A stretch of DNA of 32,000 nucleotides from Candidatus Omnitrophota bacterium. GTDB lineage: Bacteria > Omnitrophota > Gorgyraeia > 2-01-FULL-45-10. The position numbers and the translations under genes were made by a program. The stretch spans positions 117,689 to 149,688 of the forward strand of contig JAMWCX010000001.1 in the NCBI GenBank assembly GCA_023818895.1, read 5' to 3'. How positions within the stretch are numbered: the stretch's first letter is position 1; every line of letters starts with the position of its first letter. The notes under the pieces were generated by a model. The model saw only the letters and a list, made by a program, of their open reading frames with translations, did no database searches and was not told the DNA's origin. This document shows, in pieces, positions 10,901 to 17,669 of this stretch.

Positions 10901-13900
10901 CCGTTTTTAATGGCCTCGATAATTTTATCCACATTTCCTATGTTTATGTCAATGACGTTCTTGCCCGTAACACTTTTTACGGAAGCGGCGGTAAAACTGC
11001 CAGATATAGATGATGACGGCTCGGCATCTCTTATTCCTGACCAGCCAGTGGGCTTTGCTTCCTGGGGCCTTTCGAGATCGCGGGCTATGGCGGGATCGGT
11101 GGTCTGTTGGGCCGCTGAATCCTGCTTTGTTGCTGAAGGCCTGAGCTCAAGGTTGCCGTTTTTCCTTACGATGAGGAGCTTGTCCCGACCGGCGGCGCCT
11201 ATAGCCGCAAGCATTCTTGTCGGTATCATCAAGCGATTGCCCTTCTGGAGGTTTGCTATAAATTCGCTGTTCGATCCTATGACCGTAAGCATTTCGTTAT
11301 TTTTGGTATCTGTAATAGACTTGCCGAGCAATGGTTTTATTTTCTGTAAGAATTGACCGGCGGGATAGACAATGATGCATCTATCGTAACTTTTGCAGAA
11401 AAGATAAAAAGGTGCCTTGAATTGTGAGGCGAGGCGGGCGGGTATGGCAACTCTGTTATTACTGTCGATAGTTACTTCTGCCAGAATTTCATCCTGGTTA
11501 TCGTTAAGTTGCGCCTTATCGTTCTCAATGGAGTTTTTCTTGTCTTTATGTGATAAGTCGGTGTTTTGGTTTTTGGAAGAAGCATTATTTATTATCACCC
11601 CGAGTATCGAAACTAAAACCAGCCATTTTGTCGATACTGGCATCGTTCTTGATGCTGCGCTGGTGTGTCGGTAGGGTTTCTCTGGTTGTCTGAGCTCAGG
11701 CGGATCTTCTGCTTGGACAGGATAGAGTAGTTGGCCGTTATGGATCATGAGTCTGCTGCCATGGGAATTGTTTGCTTTTATGAGCATAACGTTTTCTATC
11801 ATTCCAAGGTTTTGCAGAGCGCGGTAAATATTTTTTACGGTTCTTAGCCAATGGGGACTGAAGATGCCGCTGTTATCCTCTAAGGCATAGCTCCCTTCAA
11901 GAATATATATCCTTAATCCCATTTTCTCGGTAAAGTTTGCAGCGATAGAATCTTGTATTTCCTGTATAGTGCAAGCTGGCGTGAAATGGGCAAGATAGTG
12001 TTTTCCGTTTTGAGGATCGTCTATTGCTAAACCAGCGCATGTGCCGACGTTGTCGATGTATAAAGGGATATCGCGGGAGTTGATTTTGTAGCTCATCATC
12101 GGAACATATACCGCATTCGTGGTGACGTGGCATATCTCCATTGCTTCTGCTCTTCTCGAGAGGTCTTCCGATAAATTCCTGACCTCTATCGGCGTTATGG
12201 CGTAGTAGCGACAGTCCTTCATGGTATCGAGCAGGCCGAATGGTAGTAGTATCGCTATGGCGAGTATGATGCCGCTCGCAAAGGCGGCTGGCAACTTCAG
12301 CCATTTCAGATGTTGTGCGCGCTTATCACGCTCTCCCCTCTTTTTCTCATACGGCGTGGTTTCATTTTCTCCCTGCACAAAGAAATGGATGAGTTCGTTT
12401 TTTGTTCTGTGATGCCTAAATCCCGATATCGGCTCCTTGAATAGCCTGAAGCCCTCATGCCCCTGAAGTATGAATATGCCGCCGGTTTTTATCTCTTTGA
12501 GTTTATCCACGAGTGCATATTCGACATCGTCCGGAGCACCGCCCATAAAGTAGTAGACAGCATCATACCTACCCAGATCTTCTTTGAGAAAATCCCCCTG
12601 CTTTATAGTGACGCTGCCCGGTTTGATGAGCCCTTCTTTTATAAGTTCATCAAGCATCTCTTTGGCATATGAGACCTTAGACGGGTCCCACTCGACCATC
12701 GTGACCCTGAACCCGAAGACCGACGCCATGAAAAACCCGAAGCTTCCTAGGCCGCCCCCGAGATCTACTATATGTGCGCCTTCTTTGAGGCCCCATTCCC
12801 GCACCGTCGGTCCAACTATGTATTCACTCGAATCCATGAATATGCCGAACGCGTTTTTCGGATCCCTGGAGACATACGGATGTTTCTGTCTGTAGTGTTC
12901 CTTGAAATCTATGAATGCCCTCATCCTCAAATATTGGGCGCGGCTCAGGTTCTCCTTTATGCTGTTTATATACTTTTCTCTGAATAGTTCTTCTCTTCTT
13001 ATTCGGAGCTTTTCGTAGGGTATCGTGCCATCGAGTTCGGCTGAGATATTAAGGGCGTGATGAGCCCATGACGTGAGGGCAAAGAAAGCCACACTTTGAG
13101 GCATGCTCATGAATATCGGTGTGGCCATAACAACAGCATTTAGTAAAGCGATAACCGTTATTTTATACCAGGGCGGCGCCTGCGGCATATGCTTGGCCCT
13201 GAAATAATGCGAGGCAACGAAAAGCGACCATGTTATGGCCGATGCCCAAAGACTTCCGGTGATTGGTGTCAAAATAATGGCTAATTCCCAGAATAACGCC
13301 TGCTCTATGAAAACCTGGGACCAGCTCTTTATCTTTTGTGGCATTGGGAAGGATTCGTCTATCTTGTCGATGAGCCAGGCCAATAGCGGTATCTGTCCCC
13401 ATGCCTCTCCCTCACTAAAATAGTCGGTTTTTGCCTCATCTACATGTGATATAATATTGTCAATATCTTCGTGCAATCCTTTCAGATATGAGCATTTACC
13501 GAAATGCTTAACGAACCATTCTATTGTTTGAACAGGTTCGTAAATGGCAAGATGATTATCGAGAGTGATACCGTCTCGAAGGATTTTCCTGATAGCATCT
13601 GATGCTGCCTTAGACTGAGCCAGTTCTTCTAAAAGTTTTGAACGTGTCTCGCCCTTAAAGAGCTCTAAGATAACAGTTTCTGCCTGCCGGAATGTTGTTG
13701 GATTGAATCGTTGGACGAATGCTGTGAGCATTTGTTCCAGCCGAGCGCGGTTGAACTCATTTTTAGGTGGTGCCTTTTCATAGGCGTATATCTCTGATAA
13801 GAGAAACTCAAAATTGGCATTCATAACATCAGTTTGAAACCTGCTTGCATCATCACGTAGTGCCTGGAGCATTCTTAGTAGTTCTACTATTATATTGTTT

Positions 13901-15471
13901 AGGGCAATATAACGCGAAGCGACAGCTGTCCCGGGAATACAATATTTTTTGAAATCCGATGCCAGTAGGGAATTTAGCCTTCTTAGAGTTGATTCCCGCG
14001 ATAAGAGTACTTTCCAGAAGCTTTCCAAGTCCACCGCCCATCCGATTTTTTTGACCTCGTTAAGATATTTTCTTATATCGGCGTATGTATCCTCAAATAT
14101 GCGTTCAAGGATTTTAATGGTAGGAATGGCGTGATGCGTCTCAGGGTCATTTTCATCATTGAGGTAATCATCGACGTCATCATTGGCGTCATCATCGGGT
14201 GGCTGGGTAATATGTGGCGTCCCCGGCCCCCAGAGGAGGTTCTCGCGATCGTCTTTTTCGTATTCCTTCTCTTTTACATTTGCTGATGCGTTGATGTCGG
14301 ACCTTTGAGCAGGAGGCTTTGTCTTAGAATGACCCAAAAACTTGTCATCGACTTTAGATATGTTTTTGTCATCCTTATCGGCTAAGTTGTGGGTTTTACT
14401 CATCGCGGTGTCTTCGTTTGTTTGTATTAAGGGCATGACCTTTACATAGACATTTGTGCCGTCACCGAGCGGTATCGTCATATCGGCATCTGTGTTTTTG
14501 TCCTCAAGATAATATTTGTAATAATAAGCCTTTACTCCGTTTCTATATAGTGGCAGATAATACGCCTTCTCTTCTTTGTTATAAAATAGTTCGTTTATCG
14601 CCAACCCTGCAAGGAGAGGATCGTTCTTGTTAGCGCGTTTTATATCTACTAAGGATATGTGGCGTTTTATTTCCGGGATAAGAGTATATTGAGATATACT
14701 ATATTGTAGATATTTTCCTATCAGGATACTTATATCCCGAAAGACAGCTTTCTCGCGGAATTCTTTATCGTCAGCGTACGCTATGGCAATAAATTCATTC
14801 TCGGCGAATATCTCAGAGGAGTCGTTTTTTTTAGGGATGCGAAGTTGCGTCTTTGTACCGTCAGCAAAAGGTCGCCAGCTTATCGAGCCGCCTAATCTGC
14901 GCATTGTCAGAGATGCGTCAATAACTCCGGTACCATTGCCTCCAAAATGTTTCTTGAGGTGCTGGGACGACCTTTCCCTTTTTCTGTAAGCTGGAACACC
15001 TTCCTTTAGAAGCTCTATTGGCTTGCCATTATCGATTACATTTATTATCAGTTCGTCAGCGTCATAGTACGCCTCAATTGTGACTACACCTACAAATGAT
15101 ACAATCCCCTTATTGCGCATCTCTTCGAATTTATCAATTATAGAATCATACGAGTTTTTCATTATTTCCATGAGCACATCTTCCATTAGGGGGTTTGTGG
15201 TAAGGCGCTGATATAGCGGGTTTTTCTCTACTTTTGTCTTAAAGTCCGTTTTTGAACGCAAAAATGACGATTCGATTTCCGGGTTGAAATTTATCCGAAT
15301 CTCCGTCCTGGCACCATTTGCAACAGATAGTATAGGGCTAAATCTGCTGGGAGGGGCAAGGTGGTATGTTGCCTCATTGGTCGCAAAACTTAACTCGTTT
15401 AATATCAGGGCAAGAATCAGGAATACAGATATTATTTTTAAAGGCAGGCTTAGTTTGTAATAACTTAACAT
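4936..15471 (-). CDS. Giant multidomain protein (3,511 aa), function unknown. Domain order: signal/anchor, GHKL ATPase, CPBP-like 4-TM block, SAM-MTase, CheD-like hydrolase, MraZ-like domain, GHKL ATPase, SAM-MTase, 2x (helical + GNAT-like), transglutaminase-like core, unassigned C-terminal third
   Basis: A single uninterrupted frame. Motifs seen, by aa range:
- aa 1-30: KLSLPLKIISVFLILALILNELSFA.
- aa 95-214: EIMKNSYDS / VIDNGKP / GGNGTGV...LGGSISWRPFADGTKTQLRIP.
- aa 715-812: EQALFW / FVASH / HHALN in hydrophobic helices.
- aa 880-1005: HIVDLGGGLG / YDAVYYF / TGGIFILQG.
- aa 1113-1251: NVGTCAGLAIDDPQNGKHYLAHFTP.
- aa 1331-1446: IDSNNRVAIPARL and LQKGNRLMIPTRML.
- aa 1560-1663: AEAIKNAFSHG / GGGAGLKTIE / GTRTSLIL.
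- aa 1683-1800: RVLDLMSG / FDAVIITSGMAYVKDP / KRGGILYIAF.
- aa 2140-2250: RGKGIGETVLNWL.
- aa 2575-2665: RRGLGVEVVRWL.
- aa 2750-2812: SCLANSAML...PFHYLVH...EIDLVP. Confidence 0.9.
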   Translation of the reverse strand: MLSYYKLSLPLKIISVFLILALILNELSFATNEATYHLAPPSRFSPILSVANGARTEIRINFNPEIESSFLRSKTDFKTKVEKNPLYQRLTTNPLMEDVLMEIMKNSYDSIIDKFEEMRNKGIVSFVGVVTIEAYYDADELIINVIDNGKPIELLKEGVPAYRKRERSSQHLKKHFGGNGTGVIDASLTMRRLGGSISWRPFADGTKTQLRIPKKNDSSEIFAENEFIAIAYADDKEFREKAVFRDISILIGKYLQYSISQYTLIPEIKRHISLVDIKRANKNDPLLAGLAINELFYNKEEKAYYLPLYRNGVKAYYYKYYLEDKNTDADMTIPLGDGTNVYVKVMPLIQTNEDTAMSKTHNLADKDDKNISKVDDKFLGHSKTKPPAQRSDINASANVKEKEYEKDDRENLLWGPGTPHITQPPDDDANDDVDDYLNDENDPETHHAIPTIKILERIFEDTYADIRKYLNEVKKIGWAVDLESFWKVLLSRESTLRRLNSLLASDFKKYCIPGTAVASRYIALNNIIVELLRMLQALRDDASRFQTDVMNANFEFLLSEIYAYEKAPPKNEFNRARLEQMLTAFVQRFNPTTFRQAETVILELFKGETRSKLLEELAQSKAASDAIRKILRDGITLDNHLAIYEPVQTIEWFVKHFGKCSYLKGLHEDIDNIISHVDEAKTDYFSEGEAWGQIPLLAWLIDKIDESFPMPQKIKSWSQVFIEQALFWELAIILTPITGSLWASAITWSLFVASHYFRAKHMPQAPPWYKITVIALLNAVVMATPIFMSMPQSVAFFALTSWAHHALNISAELDGTIPYEKLRIRREELFREKYINSIKENLSRAQYLRMRAFIDFKEHYRQKHPYVSRDPKNAFGIFMDSSEYIVGPTVREWGLKEGAHIVDLGGGLGSFGFFMASVFGFRVTMVEWDPSKVSYAKEMLDELIKEGLIKPGSVTIKQGDFLKEDLGRYDAVYYFMGGAPDDVEYALVDKLKEIKTGGIFILQGHEGFRLFKEPISGFRHHRTKNELIHFFVQGENETTPYEKKRGERDKRAQHLKWLKLPAAFASGIILAIAILLPFGLLDTMKDCRYYAITPIEVRNLSEDLSRRAEAMEICHVTTNAVYVPMMSYKINSRDIPLYIDNVGTCAGLAIDDPQNGKHYLAHFTPACTIQEIQDSIAANFTEKMGLRIYILEGSYALEDNSGIFSPHWLRTVKNIYRALQNLGMIENVMLIKANNSHGSRLMIHNGQLLYPVQAEDPPELRQPEKPYRHTSAASRTMPVSTKWLVLVSILGVIINNASSKNQNTDLSHKDKKNSIENDKAQLNDNQDEILAEVTIDSNNRVAIPARLASQFKAPFYLFCKSYDRCIIVYPAGQFLQKIKPLLGKSITDTKNNEMLTVIGSNSEFIANLQKGNRLMIPTRMLAAIGAAGRDKLLIVRKNGNLELRPSATKQDSAAQQTTDPAIARDLERPQEAKPTGWSGIRDAEPSSSISGSFTAASVKSVTGKNVIDINIGNVDKIIEAIKNGNAVALNLAYLAEKESAYDDLYDAIMKLSGKLDDAFTDGKSMTPIAEAIKNAFSHGNRADFSKPIFLDIKIDSLAKNTTVDIYDTASRNDNTESRTKAFHAGLWGGGAGLKTIEHCLGAENFHMENVPAIGTRTSLILHYVKSSFSLIDTQSAIPYLEDAATTYIEDYLKDYLPRGARVLDLMSGAFTYVPQSVNASEIIGIGLNRDELNVNAKLTQRIVQDLNANPEFPAEWENHFDAVIITSGMAYVKDPEALISAAAKTLKRGGILYIAFNPDYYSKEATENWKKMRADEKSDFVTSSIRRTRAFYGIEHRTKEYIGRFDLTQQLDIILARKTEETGLLNLTRDEMLKRDEEHWYLGGMDHNSLSVGDVPADDGHGAKNFSPEIQQHIMLSITNFIRNIDKASEIQLVKMEQVITSNIGKLEKSEDVLATMEALAKIWIRLSKISTVPSDAYKSRIAVLTENYLTPVRIFDETIHEKDTYLLIEYIGLARPEDAQTLADLRDEIRKTAPRDMDMDKELQMILEYKLTEDKEKIEKAIASRLAYFDGLKADKKIQAYDYPPSGEGDGPGIPDDMAAPEWVARQNNGHAPFEYIEKDKNGRIRTVTDAFGTIWEEYHYGILWNVIKLRNIKTGAMDIKIKIPSHRGGPIKLYEIVADGRKAGLVNYYKGTNVITTIRVNDRGKGIGETVLNWLIKSAWRNGASHSGISGIVNPALVHIARKLIKQTGDKKPEVENSDSVEYAVMKADFDPFTQDGKHIGRIKVSNGKITACDLPQDLVSYLDEGRIGVREQTSGKEADVVILYEKGRTANIHGAPNPIFATMRRDGIIEHWQEGQKIKEITSATTWLSYEEKLKRDDEHPLLGGMDHTEGTRDALSRNDIKQMAERSYSELAAYLASLNTESQKEAICTALEVIVNLAHDTHYMPCCVNHALITNGLVRACEQNPGLIKVIANRIFDSLQHEDDPLYQMNNQIIAEIVMQLEWLSMNTPGIPRLTQYLGEREGAREIIKALKRCFRIWTEETDRAPLTTLPEEDVEISEEKRLRLRAFDRSWYFLEENEKLVGTLYAFYVNGETTLFKNLRIFDKKDTRRGLGVEVVRWLASQAGPNRFIEYYGIPDETHAAFFLRCARAGIFESVEISYEKAGDDKHQNWIAIKDISELEPILKDSNEVRIRGKISSAIKDGARDRDDNISTLSLTTYVSEISNTSSGSRDGLNTDNSNDIINEIKNAVKSMDLKSCLANSAMLTYILNKLGYEAYLVGMYRKNENIPFHYLVHTVKWGEIDLVPYDGEEEDYEWTDRIPESDHSRGLDYLRSTGYLARADQIVSKYQMAEARIIQWADIDKHADAIRKAIKQQGGRVSFLVHPGQIFTASEKNDIVMANQKEAEIYLSNLRKTISAEKGVVFILGGNYNVLKNISTSAIIVDIPSVPRWGIPATEAALPDSIYDQRRWQPVIATMKKLGVTSLAPFGGEEVRYLANGEILKSPEPDSGCLGGALYALERHFSKIVTMPQVLFGLVNKKLTSIDDESLENLFRSFAPPHYDAGTQHLLLPKTGNSLRKSAEFARLLELLEKDPYFTWTVKGQKVGAYIEYDEIPQEFAIEPTEDTKKAYPELATLDMMASDDYVPSSGLFGVIRLRITEHNKKPALLIYDVQPSLGFRNIQPLEIRQRFYEWNRGAIMHIVRLAQKAGFEYFYASTVEELEDRYTGKLRTPIPNSNLKQNYLYPFRGIWVKVNAEIDGRKTKLWHLQAASEVNAKISDSKTILTEDENKTGSFLQPSDTSGYSPDEQPRAELARIEAVKFSDIVKLIRAANQKEPVILALGTSWIKGYMRGNGPQYADLNQHIIMIRNFCNDRGITFIDREDKDLLSEIAKAREITPAARVVVLASRDTVISREFEYLRNDEKAFLAGVDASGLDESCYMYLTEMLAMALKLGLKDVLAAEDALDNPAVRAEALKDCRNVFIFLPKAERIPVYENLRRLYKVQEFA

Positions 15472-15482
15472 AGATTGAATAA

Positions 15483-15510
15483 ATTATATCACACAATCGT
15501 GTTAAGTCAA
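15483..15510 (-). promoter_or_regulatory. Near-consensus sigma70-type promoter directly abutting the giant ORF start
   Basis: On the minus strand: TTGACT (15510-15505), a 16-nt spacer, then TATAAT (15488-15483), preceded by TGA (TGnTATAAT). Only 11 nt (ttattcaatct) separate the -10 from ATG 15471, and there is no purine-rich Shine-Dalgarno sequence. Confidence 0.5.
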
Positions 15511-15663
15511 TAGAAAGATAGCTAACTTTTGTCAATCTAACACTTATCTATAAAAACTATGCGTTTATAACATATATATTTGTATGGGATTGCCTTGATC
15601 AGGTATTTTTAGGATTTCGAGTTCACATTGGTTCGACATAAGGTGGCGTAGTAATGAGGTTGT

Positions 15664-17196
15664 TTATGTGATGAATAGATTGTGTGAAGAGAATTTGCCA
15701 TCGGTGGTTAGGTTGACTCCCAGCATCTTTAGGCCTACATCATCGCCGGGCGTTGGTATATGGGTCATGTGCATCTCGCAGTCGCGTAATTCAATAAGCT
15801 TCTTCATGGCAAGCTCCGCGGTGTGGTTTGTTGTTGCGCTTATTGAAAGAGCAATCAGTGCCTCTTCCAGATCAAGGCTTTCAGGTTCGCATTTTAAAAC
15901 TTCCTCTTTCAGGGAATTTATTTGATTTATTATATGGGGCGATATAAGCAGTATCTCATCGGGTATATTTGAGAGCGTCTTAACGGCGTTTAGTATGAGG
16001 CTTGAAGCGGCATGCAGCATTTTGGAATTTTTCCCTGTAACAATACGTCCGTCTTTCAGCTCAATAGCGGCGCCGCAGTATATGCCAGCATTGCCTTTTC
16101 CCTTTTTTTCAGCCTCTTCAGCCGCTTTTCTGGCGACCTCGACGACTTTCCTGTCAGTAACTTTTACCCCCATCTCTTCCATCAGCATCGCTACTCTATC
16201 TACAACCTCCCTTTTTTCTATGCCGAGGACATATTCTTGATTGTAGCGGAAGTAGCGGCGAATGAATTCCTGTTTGGCGGCTTCCCGAACGATCTCATCA
16301 TCTACTATGCCGAAACCGGCGCGATTGACGCCCATGTCAGTCGGCGAATTATAGACTGGCAGGTTTGCGGCCTTGCTGTTCAGTATCCGCGTAAGGATTA
16401 ATTTAAGAATGGGGAAGCTCTCGACGTCGCGATTGTAATTTATGGCCGTCTCGTTGTACTTGGCCAGATGGAAAGGGTCTACAAGATTGAAGTCGGATAT
16501 GTCTGCCGTCGCCGCCTCGTAAGCGACATTTACTGGATGCTTGAGTGGCAAGTTCCATATAGGAAACGTCTCAAACTTCGCATAACCGGCGTTTATGCCT
16601 CTTTTGTGCTCATGGTATAGCTGCGAAAGGCACACGGAAAGCTTTCCACTGTTGGGTCCCGGCGCCGTGACTACCACGATCGGTTTTTTTGTCTCTATGT
16701 AGTCGTTCTTGCCAAAACCCATTTCGCTTACGACATGGTCTACATTCGTTGGGTATCCTTCTATAGGGTAGTGGAGAGAAACCTTAACGCCGCGCCGTTC
16801 AAGCTTATTTTTGAATATGACCGCGGAAGGTTGGCCTGCGAAACGGGTGATGACGACCGTCGAGATATCGAGTCCCCACTTTCTTAGATCGTCTATTAGC
16901 TTGAATGTTGCGGCATCGTAGGTTATGCCGAAGTCGCCGCGAACCCTCCCCTTTTCGATATCGCCGGCATATATAGCCAGGACTATCTCGATCTTGTCCT
17001 TCAGCTGTTGTAAGAGTCTTATCTTGACGTTAGGATCGTAGCCGGGCAGGACTCTTGCGGCGTGATAGTCACAACAGAGCTTTCCGCCAAACTCGAGATA
17101 TAGTTTTGAGTCAAACTTATTAGCGCGGTCTATTATCGCAGCGGTTTGTTCTTTGAGGTATTTTTCGTTGTCGAAACCTATTCTTGCCCTTGCCAT
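15664..17196 (-). CDS. DUF1846 / UPF0371 family protein (510 aa)
   Basis: The N-terminus GFDNEKYLKEQTAAIIDRANKFDSKLYLEFGGKLCCDYHAARVLPGYDPNVK matches the characteristic opening of the UPF0371 family, and the length is typical. Confidence 0.8.
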   Translation of the reverse strand: MARARIGFDNEKYLKEQTAAIIDRANKFDSKLYLEFGGKLCCDYHAARVLPGYDPNVKIRLLQQLKDKIEIVLAIYAGDIEKGRVRGDFGITYDAATFKLIDDLRKWGLDISTVVITRFAGQPSAVIFKNKLERRGVKVSLHYPIEGYPTNVDHVVSEMGFGKNDYIETKKPIVVVTAPGPNSGKLSVCLSQLYHEHKRGINAGYAKFETFPIWNLPLKHPVNVAYEAATADISDFNLVDPFHLAKYNETAINYNRDVESFPILKLILTRILNSKAANLPVYNSPTDMGVNRAGFGIVDDEIVREAAKQEFIRRYFRYNQEYVLGIEKREVVDRVAMLMEEMGVKVTDRKVVEVARKAAEEAEKKGKGNAGIYCGAAIELKDGRIVTGKNSKMLHAASSLILNAVKTLSNIPDEILLISPHIINQINSLKEEVLKCEPESLDLEEALIALSISATTNHTAELAMKKLIELRDCEMHMTHIPTPGDDVGLKMLGVNLTTDGKFSSHNLFIT

Positions 17197-17220
17197 AGCT
17201 TTGCATAATTATTAGGCAAA

Positions 17221-17249
17221 ATTATACTATTCCGCGACATAGGTGTAAA
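17221..17249 (-). promoter_or_regulatory. Sigma70-type promoter candidate for the DUF1846 gene
   Basis: On the minus strand: TTTACA (17249-17244), a 17-nt spacer, then TATAAT (17226-17221). There are 24 nt to ATG 17196 with no obvious Shine-Dalgarno sequence. Confidence 0.4.
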
Positions 17250-17256
17250 TAGAAAA

Positions 17257-17655
17257 CTATTTTATAATATTTATCGTTTGGCCGGAGGACTCCATCTCTT
17301 TACGAAACGCCTCGTTTGCTGCCTTGAAGATCGCCGGATTTGATTGCCACCCCTTGTATTTCGGGCGAGAGTTTGCCCACTGCTCGAAAATGGCCCACCT
17401 GAATTGGGCAAGCGTAACTTCTTCGCCTGACATACCGATCTTGTTTGTATTATGGTCGGTAACGGTCTTCTTTATTTCGCCGCCCCTGTAATTGATTATG
17501 GGCGTCACCTTTCCTGTGAGAGCATTATATTTCGACGGTATCTTTATCCCGCCGATCTCGTAATTTACCGTGCGTATGAATACAAGGCGATATAAGAAAA
17601 ACGTGGCTACAAGCGCCACTGCGCTCAAGAGAGTCATCTTCAATGTCCTGTTCAT
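17257..17655 (-). CDS. Hypothetical membrane-anchored protein (132 aa)
   Basis: It has an N-terminal hydrophobic helix (MTLLSAVALVATFFLYRLVFI) followed by a soluble domain with no motif I recognise. AAAGGGGAAG precedes the ATG. It is tightly packed behind the holin-like gene. Confidence 0.6.
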   Translation of the reverse strand: MNRTLKMTLLSAVALVATFFLYRLVFIRTVNYEIGGIKIPSKYNALTGKVTPIINYRGGEIKKTVTDHNTNKIGMSGEEVTLAQFRWAIFEQWANSRPKYKGWQSNPAIFKAANEAFRKEMESSGQTINIIK

Positions 17656-17669
17656 GCTCTTCCCCTTTC

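Noticed and set aside
5640-14041. Same-strand alternative-frame ORFs lie inside the giant gene (5640-5858, 6045-6326, 6924-7145, 11897-12304, 13163-13402, 13853-14041).
   Set aside because: They are nested in a continuous 3,511-codon frame that carries recognisable domain motifs along its length. The nested ORFs have no motifs and odd composition.
15511-15663. A possible second promoter (TTGACA at 15535-15530 with a weak TATTGA -10) and possible terminator structure for the DUF1846 gene lie in the AT-rich spacer.
   Set aside because: The -10 lacks the invariant final T. I could not find a convincing GC-rich stem followed by a U-tract in this spacer, so no terminator or second promoter is claimed.
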